From the sequence record MK962752: a stretch of 64,000 nt of DNA; one strand, written 5' to 3'. Position 1 is the stretch's first letter; each line of letters opens with the position of its first letter. This DNA comes from Shigella phage JK23. This document shows positions 43,384 through 53,075 of the stretch, piece after piece. Below the pieces are notes generated by a model. That model searched no databases. It saw nothing but the letters and a program-made list of their open reading frames with translations, and was not told the origin of the DNA. The position numbers were made by a program, and so were the translations under genes.

Positions 43384-45648
43384 TCATAATTTACAGGATG
43401 AACAATCTTCAGCTTTTGGAGTTTCTATTTCATAATCATCAGTACCAGAACCATCGCGGGTATTATGATAATAGAAATTTTTTCCGCCAAAATACCAAAA
43501 ATACAAAAGGTCATCAATCATTATTGACATTGGAACCTTGCCTTTAGGGAAGATTTGGGGGTCATAGTATGTATTCGCCGAAGCTGATTGACAAACCCAT
43601 TTCAGCATAATAGCTACTTGCGTAAGATAAGGTTTATTACCTTTCTTAGCTAATTTCCATGTATAATCATATAGGTCTATGTTATGTTCAATATTGGGCA
43701 CGACTTGATTAAAGGAACCCTCTTTTGATTCTTTAACAGAGACTGGTCCACGTGGAGGCTCGATACCGTTTGTACTGTTAGAAACTTGGGAAGATGACTC
43801 ACATGGCATAAGTGCTGATAGTGTGCTATTACGGATGCCAAAGAGCTTAAGGTCTTCCCGCAGCGACGACCAGTCACAAACGTATTTTGGAGCTGCGATT
43901 TGGTCAATCTTTTTATTGTACCAGTCGATAGGTAATTCGCCTCGAGACCAACGAGTGTCTGAATAATATTCGCAAGGTCCTTTTTCTTTGGCGAGCTTAA
44001 TGGATGCTTTAATGAGTCCATACTGTAATCTCTCAAATAGTTCATGTGTTAAATCGTTAGCATCTTCATAAGAAGCAAAGTTACTTGCCAGCCAAGCTGC
44101 ATAGTTGGTAACACCTACACCGAGGTTACGACGCTTTTTAGCTTTTTCTGCTTCAGGAACTGGATATCCTTGGTAATCCAAAAGATTATCAAGAGCACGA
44201 ACTTGAACTTCTGCCAATTCATTAATTTTATCTTGGTCTTGCCAGTCAAAATTATCTAGTACGAATGCAGAGAGAGTACACAATCCAATTTCAGCATCAG
44301 GACTATTCACATCATTTGTTGGAATAGCAATTTCACAGCACAAGTTACTCTGACGAATAGGTGCCTTTTCACGAATAAACGGAGTATAGTTATTCGTATT
44401 ATCAATGAACTGTACATAAATTCTTGCTGTTCCTGAACGTTCAGTCATGAGCAATTCAAATAGTTCACGGGCTTTAATACGCTTTTTACGAATATTAGGG
44501 TCTTTTTCTGCTGCTTCGTATAATTCACGGAAACGGTCTTGGTCTTTAAAATAAGAATAATAAAGCTCTCCACCCATTTCATGCGGACTGAACAAAGTAA
44601 TGTAATCGTTCTTTCCGAATCGTTCCATCATCAAATCATTCAGTTGAACACCATAATCCATATGACGAATGCGGTTTTCTTCTACGCCTTTGTTATTTTT
44701 CAAAACGAGAAGATTTTCAACTTCCAAATGCCAAATAGGATAATAAGCAGTAGCAGCGCCGCCACGAATTCCACCCTGTGAACATGATTTAACTGCAGTC
44801 TGAAAATGTTTCCAAAAAGGAATAACACCAGTATGGCGTACTTCACCCATGCCAATCTTAGAACCTTCGGCACGAATCATACCAACGTTAATACCAATTC
44901 CAGCGCGTTTAGAGATATATTCAACAATCGAAGCGGAAGCCTTATTGATAGACTTCAGCGAATCACCTGCCTCAATAACAACACATGAACTAAACTGTCG
45001 AGTCGGAGTACGACAACCAGCCATAATAGGAGTTGGTAATGAAATCTGTCGAGTAGATACTGCTTCATAAAAACGAATAACATGTTTTAATCTATCAACA
45101 GGTTCATCTTGATGCAATGCCATTCCAATAGTCATAAATGCAAACTGCGGAGTTTCATAAATTTGACCAGTGGTTTTATCTTTAACGAGATATTTTTCTT
45201 TTAATTGCATCGCCCCGGAATAAGTAAATTCCATATCCCGTTCGTGCTTAATTTTTGATTCTAAAAATGTAATTTCTTCTGCTGAATATTTTGACAACAA
45301 TTCAGGGTCATATTTACCTTCATTTACACAGTAAGAAATATGGTCAATAAATGAACGCGGTTCATACTGCCCATAAACATGCTTACGAAGAGCGAACATT
45401 AGACAACGTGCAGCTACATATTGATAATCAGGCTCTTCAACCGAAATAGAATTCGCAGCGGCCTTAATGACAATAGTCTGAATATCATCAGTTGTCATTC
45501 CATCACGGAGATAAGATTTAATATTTTCATATAATTCATAAGGATCTACTGATGTTCCCTCAGCTGCCCAAGATAAAACTTTAATAATTTTTTGTGGGTC
45601 AAAGCTCTGAGAAACACCACTACTTTTGATAACATTAATTAATTGCAT
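43384..45648 (-). CDS. nrdA: ribonucleotide reductase large subunit
   Basis: 754-aa ORF, same length as T4 NrdA; ATP-cone N-terminus and C-terminal Cys pair. Confidence 0.93.
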   Translation of the reverse strand: MQLINVIKSSGVSQSFDPQKIIKVLSWAAEGTSVDPYELYENIKSYLRDGMTTDDIQTIVIKAAANSISVEEPDYQYVAARCLMFALRKHVYGQYEPRSFIDHISYCVNEGKYDPELLSKYSAEEITFLESKIKHERDMEFTYSGAMQLKEKYLVKDKTTGQIYETPQFAFMTIGMALHQDEPVDRLKHVIRFYEAVSTRQISLPTPIMAGCRTPTRQFSSCVVIEAGDSLKSINKASASIVEYISKRAGIGINVGMIRAEGSKIGMGEVRHTGVIPFWKHFQTAVKSCSQGGIRGGAATAYYPIWHLEVENLLVLKNNKGVEENRIRHMDYGVQLNDLMMERFGKNDYITLFSPHEMGGELYYSYFKDQDRFRELYEAAEKDPNIRKKRIKARELFELLMTERSGTARIYVQFIDNTNNYTPFIREKAPIRQSNLCCEIAIPTNDVNSPDAEIGLCTLSAFVLDNFDWQDQDKINELAEVQVRALDNLLDYQGYPVPEAEKAKKRRNLGVGVTNYAAWLASNFASYEDANDLTHELFERLQYGLIKASIKLAKEKGPCEYYSDTRWSRGELPIDWYNKKIDQIAAPKYVCDWSSLREDLKLFGIRNSTLSALMPCESSSQVSNSTNGIEPPRGPVSVKESKEGSFNQVVPNIEHNIDLYDYTWKLAKKGNKPYLTQVAIMLKWVCQSASANTYYDPQIFPKGKVPMSIMIDDLLYFWYFGGKNFYYHNTRDGSGTDDYEIETPKAEDCSSCKL

Positions 45649-45965
45649 AAGTCCTCAACTTGAAAATCGTCTTTAAACAATCGGTTAACTATATGAGCTA
45701 TTATATCACCATGACACGGCTTTGGTTTACATGTGCATCCTAGCCTCATTCCACGTAAAGGCTCTAAATGTGCTTTAGTTATTTCTCCGGATTTAATTCG
45801 ACGTATAAAATCTTTTTTGAATAATTCAATGGCAGCCTCCCGGCTGCCAGCATCTTTACCGACGTAATTTCCCCAAAATGTACCACGGTGAATATTAACA
45901 TCAAAGTCGGATTTGTATTTATTCACTACCCGACATAGACGGCCCGCGCGGTGATAATTCGGCAT
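45639..45965 (-). CDS. hypothetical protein with Cys/His motif
   Basis: 108-aa ORF; motif [11 protein letters not shown] suggests metal binding. Confidence 0.55.
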   Translation of the reverse strand: MPNYHRAGRLCRVVNKYKSDFDVNIHRGTFWGNYVGKDAGSREAAIELFKKDFIRRIKSGEITKAHLEPLRGMRLGCTCKPKPCHGDIIAHIVNRLFKDDFQVEDLCN

Positions 45966-46182
45966 ATTGTTTTTCCGTTAAAACAGTAATATCGTAGTAA
46001 CAGTCAGAAGAAGTTTTAACTGTGGAAATTTTATTATCAAAATACTCACGAGTCATTTTATGAGTATAATATTTTTTGCCATAAATGATAATAGGCTGAT
46101 TTGGTCCTGGAACTTCTAGCTCACTTGGATTAGGAAGTGTAAAAAGAACTACACCAGAAGTATCTTTAAATCGTAAAATCAT
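45919..46182 (-). CDS. hypothetical protein
   Basis: 87-aa ORF between td and nrdA. Confidence 0.5.
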   Translation of the reverse strand: MILRFKDTSGVVLFTLPNPSELEVPGPNQPIIIYGKKYYTHKMTREYFDNKISTVKTSSDCYYDITVLTEKQYAELSPRGPSMSGSE

Positions 46183-47039
46183 ATTGCCATTTTCCCTTTA
46201 ATTGCTGGATGCGATTCATAATTTTCAAGGATAAAATCTTTCGGTTTCATGTATTCAGTTAACCAGTAAAGCTGTGTTTCGGTGTCACAATTTCCAAACT
46301 CTATAGGCCAATCAATTTTAAGTTCACATAGTTCTTTAGGCTCACGACGTAAAATTTCTTTACATTGCTCAGTATGATTCATATAGATGTGAGTATTACC
46401 ACCAGAAAATATCAAATCTCCTGGGATAAGATTACACATCTTAGCCACAATATGCGTCAAGGCAGCGTACGAGGCAATGTTGAATGGCAATCCCAAGAAA
46501 ACATCTACACTTCTTTGGTACCATTGTAAATCAAGATAACCATTACGCACATTAAACTGATAGAACATATGACAGGGCGGTAATGCCATTTGATTGATTT
46601 CAGCTGGATTCCATGCTGAAACGATTTGACGTCGATCAGTTGGTAATTTTTTAATACGATCAATAGTTTCAACTAATTGATCCACACCGCCGAAATCACG
46701 CCATTGTTTACCGTATATAGGACCAAGTTCACCACTATGATATCCTAGGTCTTTAGCCTGGTTTTCATAGTTATCGTCCCAAATAGTTTTACCTTGAATA
46801 AGACTACCATGTGTGCGAAGACGTAAATCATTAACATTGGTAGAACCGGAAATAAACCATAGAAGCTCAGCAATGCATGCATTCCACGCAAGCTTCTTAG
46901 TTGTTACCGCAGGAAAACCTTTAGTTAAATCCCAACGTAATTTAGTACCGAACAAAGCAATTGTTCCTGTGCCTGTTCGGTCATCGGTTTCATAGCCATT
47001 TTCAAAAATGTCTTTAATTAAATCTTGGTATTGTTTCAT
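46179..47039 (-). CDS. td: thymidylate synthase, no intron
   Basis: 286-aa continuous ORF with catalytic Cys motif (PPCHMFYQF); T4 td carries a group I intron, absent here. Confidence 0.93.
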   Translation of the reverse strand: MKQYQDLIKDIFENGYETDDRTGTGTIALFGTKLRWDLTKGFPAVTTKKLAWNACIAELLWFISGSTNVNDLRLRTHGSLIQGKTIWDDNYENQAKDLGYHSGELGPIYGKQWRDFGGVDQLVETIDRIKKLPTDRRQIVSAWNPAEINQMALPPCHMFYQFNVRNGYLDLQWYQRSVDVFLGLPFNIASYAALTHIVAKMCNLIPGDLIFSGGNTHIYMNHTEQCKEILRREPKELCELKIDWPIEFGNCDTETQLYWLTEYMKPKDFILENYESHPAIKGKMAI

Positions 47040-47084
47040 TTAGTACCTTATATAAATTATAATACATTTTATGAAGCTAAATAA

Positions 47085-47432
47085 TCAATACGGTTTAGCA
47101 TCAAATTTTCTCTCAATTTCAGGCGTGAAATATAATTCTTTACCGCGTTTGGAAAAGCGACCAATAATATGATAATTATTCTCATCAAACGTGATATTAC
47201 CAATATCCATAGCTTTCAACCAAATATCGATATTTCTATCCAGCTTTATGTCAAAATTCCAATACGGAGAACTATTACCGAAAATACTGCAAGCGGATTC
47301 AGTGAAACAACTGCTATAAATCTTGTCTTTAGGAACTACTAATTGATAGACACCTTTAATAAACTGAGGACCCTGCCACTTTGGCTGTTTCGTGTCTTTT
47401 TCTAATAGAATAGGGTAATAATTAAAATTCAT
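47085..47432 (-). CDS. hypothetical protein
   Basis: 115-aa ORF inserted between frd and td. Confidence 0.5.
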   Translation of the reverse strand: MNFNYYPILLEKDTKQPKWQGPQFIKGVYQLVVPKDKIYSSCFTESACSIFGNSSPYWNFDIKLDRNIDIWLKAMDIGNITFDENNYHIIGRFSKRGKELYFTPEIERKFDAKPY

Positions 47433-47451
47433 ATTTCCGCCACGCGTTATT

Positions 47452-48278
<827 letters not shown>

Positions 48279-48289
48279 ATTGCCTCCTA

Positions 48290-48622
48290 TTAAAAAGGAT
48301 CAGTAACATATCCGCTAGCTTTAATCATTTTAATTAACGTTAACATTCCTTTGTTAACTGCTCGTGAGATTTCATCAAAAACTTCATCACTAAAAAGTTC
48401 TAACACGCCCTTCTGAACTTTTAATTTACAGCCAACAATTTCGTCATCTCCTATAGTAAATTCGCTTCCGCCAATTCCGCCGAAAAACTTAATTACGCCA
48501 GTTAACTGTCTTCCACGAGAATATGGGTCGTGTGATAAAGTAATATGAGTCACCCCAGGTACAGTTTTAAATTGGCAGCGGATGTTTACTTGAGCAATTC
48601 CAGTTACATGAATGTCAGACAT
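48290..48622 (-). CDS. hypothetical protein
   Basis: 110-aa ORF. Confidence 0.5.
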   Translation of the reverse strand: MSDIHVTGIAQVNIRCQFKTVPGVTHITLSHDPYSRGRQLTGVIKFFGGIGGSEFTIGDDEIVGCKLKVQKGVLELFSDEVFDEISRAVNKGMLTLIKMIKASGYVTDPF

Positions 48623-48632
48623 ATTATTTTCC

Positions 48633-48875
48633 TCAAACAGACTTTTTCACAATTTTCCAATCAGCTTTAAACTGATCAACATCAGAATGATAAATCCAGA
48701 ATCCTGCGCTTTCTCCGTCTTCATAAAGAGGACATCCATCACATTCATCTTCCCATCCCATGTCACGTAAAAGATGTTCAGCTTTTTCAACAAGTTCAGA
48801 ATCTTTACCGATGATATTAAAATACCATTTACCTCTAACTTCTGAATCTTTGATGCTCTGGCGTTGTAATCTCAT
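48633..48875 (-). CDS. hypothetical protein
   Basis: 80-aa ORF. Confidence 0.5.
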   Translation of the reverse strand: MRLQRQSIKDSEVRGKWYFNIIGKDSELVEKAEHLLRDMGWEDECDGCPLYEDGESAGFWIYHSDVDQFKADWKIVKKSV

Positions 48876-49013
48876 TTTATTCTCCTTAGCAAGCTTTAAT
48901 CAAAAGATATAAACAGACCAACATAACTGCTGCCATAATATAAGGTGCGAACATTTTCTTTTCTCCATTAGTTTTGATAGGGTAATAGTATCACACTACT
49001 ACCCTGTTGTAAA

Positions 49014-49379
49014 CTACTTTTTGAAAGTTTTTCGCAAAAGTTCAATGATTTCATCTACATTATTTTCGTCAACAATGCAGTGAATTTTTGTTACGCCAGA
49101 AACTATGTCTTCGGCTCCATCTTCTTCAGAAGTCGGTTCTTTATACTCACGAAAACAATGAAATTCGTCTTCACAAACGTTAAAGTAAAAATGCTTTCCA
49201 TTTGCGCATTCAATGTGTTTTATTACTCTAAATCCATCAACAAAGAAAGCTTCTTTAACTTCAAACCATCCACCATTTTCTTGAATAATTTTAACTATCG
49301 ATGAATTAGAACGTGGGCGATAATTAATAAATGTATCAATAAGTCTTGGAACAAGCTCATACTTTTTGCCAATATACAT
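49014..49379 (-). CDS. hypothetical protein
   Basis: 121-aa ORF. Confidence 0.5.
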   Translation of the reverse strand: MYIGKKYELVPRLIDTFINYRPRSNSSIVKIIQENGGWFEVKEAFFVDGFRVIKHIECANGKHFYFNVCEDEFHCFREYKEPTSEEDGAEDIVSGVTKIHCIVDENNVDEIIELLRKTFKK

Positions 49380-49424
49380 TACGTTTTCCTCATTTTAACG
49401 GGGCTTGTAATAGCCCCTTGATAA

Positions 49425-49655
49425 TTATTGTTCAATCAATCCCATGTAAAATTCTGCGTCTTCAGAATCCATACCATCACAATATTCATTAGCCATAAAG
49501 CGGGTGAGGTCTTCAAGAGGACCTTCAATGACAATAGAAAAATTGCAATAATTGGGATCATCGTGAATACTTGTGATACTAAGTTCAGGATAACGATTAC
49601 GAATAATTTCTTCAATATATTCAAAATCAACGATGTCAATATCAACTTTAGCCAT
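49425..49655 (-). CDS. hypothetical protein
   Basis: Track ORF starts upstream of its own predicted promoter; ATG 49655 after AGAGGA RBS gives 76 aa. Confidence 0.5.
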   Translation of the reverse strand: MAKVDIDIVDFEYIEEIIRNRYPELSITSIHDDPNYCNFSIVIEGPLEDLTRFMANEYCDGMDSEDAEFYMGLIEQ

Positions 49656-49698
49656 ATTATTTTCCTCTTTAATTATCAGCAGTATTGCCGATAGTTGT

Positions 49699-49728
49699 AT
49701 AGTACCATGGAAGGACAAGGATGTAAAC
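49699..49728 (-). promoter_or_regulatory. early promoter downstream of gene 32 (GTTTAC, 18 bp, TACTAT)
   Basis: Read on - strand. Confidence 0.45.
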
Positions 49729-49759
49729 AGTTTTGTGAAAAAATTTTTGAAATAAAAAA

Positions 49760-49778
49760 GGGGACCTCTAGGGTCCCC
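49760..49778 (-). terminator. hairpin terminator after gene 32
   Basis: GGGGACC-TCTAG-GGTCCCC. Confidence 0.65.
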
Positions 49779-49800
49779 AATTAATTAGTAATATAATCTG

Positions 49801-50709
49801 TTAAAGGTCATTCAAAAGGTCATCTAGATCCGTGTCATCAGCACTAGATGAACTGCCAGAGCTTGAGCTCATAAAATCATCTTCAGTTTTTGTTTTGAAG
49901 TCATCAACATTGAATGCATCCAAATCATCAGCAACTTTATCAGCTTTCTTAGCGGCAGTTGCAGCGGCACCACCCATTGCAGCAGTTCCCATAACTTGAC
50001 TGAACTTAGTGCTCAGTTCTTCAAATGATTTGAATTTATCTTTAGAAGTCATTTCAGAAAGGTCAACCATTTGTTCGAACAGTTCTTTCTGGAAAGATTC
50101 ATCGTCAATGTTTGGAATCGCAGATTGATTCAGGAATTTAGATTCGTCGTAGTTACTAAAACCAGAAACTTGTTTAACTTTCAGTACAAAGTTAGCACCT
50201 TCCCACGGACAAGTTACATCAACCGGAGTTTCACCCATTTCAACATCAACCGCAATCATCGCGTTGATTTTATCCCAGATTTTCTTACCGAAACGATATT
50301 TAAATACTTTACCTTCGTTTTCTGGAGCAGCTGGGTCTTTTACAACAAGAATGTTAGCCCAGTAAGAAGTTTTACGTTTAACAAGACTGTACTCTTTATT
50401 GTCAGTGTTGTACAAATCATTTTTACTGATGTACTGACATACTGGACAAGAATCGTAATCACCGTAGGTAGATGAGCATGTTTCGATATACCATTTACCA
50501 TTTTTCTTGAAACCGTGATTTACAAGAAGTGCGAATGGTGCTTGTTCATCATTTTTAGACGGAAGAAAACGAATTACTGCTTGGCCGTTACCCGCATTGT
50601 CGAGTTTCAGTTTCCACTCGCCTTTATCTTCAGAAGAAAAACCACCTTTATTTCCAGCCAGTTTAGCCATTTGCGCAGCGAGTTCAGCAGTAGATTTACG
50701 TTTAAACAT
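49801..50709 (-). CDS. 32: single-stranded DNA-binding protein gp32
   Basis: 302-aa ORF with acidic Ser/Asp-rich C-terminus; gene-32-type leader with pseudoknot upstream. Confidence 0.95.
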   Translation of the reverse strand: MFKRKSTAELAAQMAKLAGNKGGFSSEDKGEWKLKLDNAGNGQAVIRFLPSKNDEQAPFALLVNHGFKKNGKWYIETCSSTYGDYDSCPVCQYISKNDLYNTDNKEYSLVKRKTSYWANILVVKDPAAPENEGKVFKYRFGKKIWDKINAMIAVDVEMGETPVDVTCPWEGANFVLKVKQVSGFSNYDESKFLNQSAIPNIDDESFQKELFEQMVDLSEMTSKDKFKSFEELSTKFSQVMGTAAMGGAAATAAKKADKVADDLDAFNVDDFKTKTEDDFMSSSSGSSSSADDTDLDDLLNDL

Positions 50710-50770
50710 TTTTATTTCCTTTTTAATTTAATTAACAGTTGGTGCTATGACGATGTATGACCTCATAGCT
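50710..50770 (-). promoter_or_regulatory. gene 32 translational operator (A/U-rich leader plus pseudoknot)
   Basis: mRNA leader reads GCUAUGAGGUCAUACAUCGUCAUAGC...UUAAUUAAAUUAAAAAGGAAAUAAAAAUG, matching the gp32 autoregulatory site as I recall it. Confidence 0.7.
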
Positions 50771-50793
50771 GGTCAGTGAGATAATTATAATCT

Positions 50794-50801
50794 TATTTAT
50801 A
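50794..50801 (-). promoter_or_regulatory. late promoter TATAAATA on - strand (gene 32)
   Basis: Plus-strand TATTTATA upstream of the gene 32 leader. Confidence 0.6.
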
Positions 50802-50809
50802 ATAAGCAA

Positions 50810-51463
50810 TTAATACTTGCAAGATTTCACAGTTTCAATGAAAACATTTTTAGCTTTCTGTGAATCAATATTTAAAATTTTTCTATAAGCCTTTAACTTT
50901 ATAGAATAATTATTCCAGACTAAATTATCAGTCTGTTCATCATGTTTATCAATTATATTTAAAAACGAATCAAGCAAGATAAACGTTTCAAACGAAATTA
51001 TATTCGATTGAAGTAGTTTAAAAATATAACTTGATTGAACTTTTGGATTATACTCAAAGATTTCTTTAAAAGCAGAAACTTCAACTTTTTTACTAAAATA
51101 GTAAATATTGCGAATATCTTCTTCAAACTTAAATTTAATTTGCTTTAAGCGTCCGATATATTCACGATAAAACACAAGTGCATCAGCGTCAGAGATGTCA
51201 CCAATCCAAGCATCTTGGTTAGCAACCAAATTACTTATAAAAATTAAAGCAAGTTCCTTTAATTTATATTTTTCTGATAACTTCTGGAAAAAATACTTAT
51301 CCCTTCGCTTTTGATAAGCGGCATCAGACACCCGCATGCACCAATTATACTTAATTACATCATACTTTCCATTCATATGCTGTTTTATCATTAAGTATAA
51401 TTTATAAACTGATTTACCATCAATGTATCTTTCACCACCAGCAGGCATGCGGAGTTTAATCAT
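50810..51463 (-). CDS. 59: helicase loader gp59
   Basis: 217-aa ORF, same length and position as T4 gp59. Confidence 0.9.
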   Translation of the reverse strand: MIKLRMPAGGERYIDGKSVYKLYLMIKQHMNGKYDVIKYNWCMRVSDAAYQKRRDKYFFQKLSEKYKLKELALIFISNLVANQDAWIGDISDADALVFYREYIGRLKQIKFKFEEDIRNIYYFSKKVEVSAFKEIFEYNPKVQSSYIFKLLQSNIISFETFILLDSFLNIIDKHDEQTDNLVWNNYSIKLKAYRKILNIDSQKAKNVFIETVKSCKY

Positions 51464-51798
51464 AGTAGAAAATCTAATGTATTAGTTTTTTCACAACGAA
51501 CAACAGAAGGACGTAAAAGATTTTCGTCAATGGCTTCTGACTGAATTTTTTCAATTATACCCGAAGGAATAAATTTAGCAAATTGAGTTTCAGGAATAGA
51601 GTTTTCTTCCAAGAATGCTGTCGTAGCTTCAAGATAACTCATTCCAAACTCTTCTACCATTTTTTCAATGATAAATCCATTTTCTTGACGATCGAGAAGC
51701 TTTGCTATTTCATCCTTTTCTTTCTTGATTGAAAGTTCTTTTTCTGAAAGACCGGTCTCATCGACCGGACGAATATCATTTAGAGAAAACTGTGTCAT
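51460..51798 (-). CDS. 33: late transcription co-activator gp33
   Basis: Track start is TTG; ATG 51798 gives 112 aa (MTQFSLNDIRP...). Confidence 0.88.
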   Translation of the reverse strand: MTQFSLNDIRPVDETGLSEKELSIKKEKDEIAKLLDRQENGFIIEKMVEEFGMSYLEATTAFLEENSIPETQFAKFIPSGIIEKIQSEAIDENLLRPSVVRCEKTNTLDFLL

Positions 51799-52045
51799 AA
51801 AGTTCAACTACCTCTTCAGTTTCAGCTTCAAACACATCACGATTATCTTTATGATACAAAGCTAATAGACGATTAAACATCTTACCATCAACGCCAAGTT
51901 CATCTTTAGCACGAATTCGAATATCTTTAATCAGTTCATTATAACCGGAAATTTTCAGTTTATGATCAGATGCTTCTTTAATAAATTTAGCCAAGTCTTC
52001 GCCATGGATAGCTTCATCAAATTCAACCATTTCTTTTTTAGCCAT
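51776..52045 (-). CDS. dsbA: dsDNA-binding protein DsbA
   Basis: 89-aa ORF, size and position as T4 DsbA. Confidence 0.85.
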   Translation of the reverse strand: MAKKEMVEFDEAIHGEDLAKFIKEASDHKLKISGYNELIKDIRIRAKDELGVDGKMFNRLLALYHKDNRDVFEAETEEVVELYDTVFSK

Positions 52046-52053
52046 TATTCACC

Positions 52054-52971
52054 TCAAAATTCATTAATGCTATTAGTTAATTTAGAAAGACCCGCTTTTA
52101 CAAAATATGAATAAATTTTGCCACGCGGTGGTAATTTATATGAATTATAGTAATTCACAATGTTTGAAGCAATATTATCAGGAATATAATCAAAATCAAT
52201 TAGAACTAAATTTTCTTTATAACGATTATATTCAGATTCTGTGAGAAGCACCTTAGCTTGCTCACGGTCATTAGCAATAGCTTCAACGATTGAAGTTTTC
52301 ATTGAAGGAGTTCGTTCACCTTCAACTCTGGTAAACCAAAAGTCAGATCGTACTTTAACTGAAGCAACGTTATCCTTTTTGTCGCCTTTAAGGATTTTAG
52401 TCATACAGTCAATTTCAGCAGAACCGCTTTTAATTTTAACCCATTTCTTATGCATCGGTGACCATTGCTTAACATTTGGATATTTGTGAAGCTGTGTAAA
52501 GTCACCATCCGATGAAATGATTAAAATCTTATGTCCTTCTAAAGAGAACTTTTTAACAAGAACAGCAATGTGGTCATCTGCTTCATACTTATCAATATCC
52601 ATAACAATGTATGGCATATAAGCTTTCAATTCATCTATAACTTTATGGCTGGATTCAAAATAACCTTCCCAGTCCCAAGTAGATTCTTCTCGTGCTTTTC
52701 CACGGTTTTTCTTGTAATAGTAAGCGAAATCACGACGCCAGTATCCAGATTTCGCGTTATCAATACATAGTACAATTTTAGTGTATCCAAGCGTTTTTGC
52801 TTTTTTGACATTAAACTTAATTGAGTTCAATATCAAATGACGAACCATCGATAAATTAATTTTTTCTTTATCTGGGAAGTTTACCAGAGCAGTTGAAAGA
52901 GCAATTTGACTAAAGTCAATAAAGCAAATTCCTTCTTTGTAATCTTCATCCAGCATCATTTCTAAATCCAT
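52054..52971 (-). CDS. rnh: RNase H / 5'-3' exonuclease
   Basis: Track start is TTG; ATG 52971 gives 305 aa beginning MDLEMMLDEDYKEG, as T4 RNase H. Confidence 0.92.
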   Translation of the reverse strand: MDLEMMLDEDYKEGICFIDFSQIALSTALVNFPDKEKINLSMVRHLILNSIKFNVKKAKTLGYTKIVLCIDNAKSGYWRRDFAYYYKKNRGKAREESTWDWEGYFESSHKVIDELKAYMPYIVMDIDKYEADDHIAVLVKKFSLEGHKILIISSDGDFTQLHKYPNVKQWSPMHKKWVKIKSGSAEIDCMTKILKGDKKDNVASVKVRSDFWFTRVEGERTPSMKTSIVEAIANDREQAKVLLTESEYNRYKENLVLIDFDYIPDNIASNIVNYYNSYKLPPRGKIYSYFVKAGLSKLTNSINEF

Positions 52972-53033
52972 ATGAACCTCGTTCAATTAGTGAGATTTCT
53001 ATTATATACTATCTAAATCTTAAAGTAAACAGG

Positions 53034-53041
53034 TATAAATA
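53034..53041 (+). promoter_or_regulatory. late promoter TATAAATA (gene 34)
   Basis: Exact motif 35 bp upstream of ATG. Confidence 0.7.
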
Positions 53042-53075
53042 CTTATTATTGAAAACACAATAGGAGCCCGGGAGA

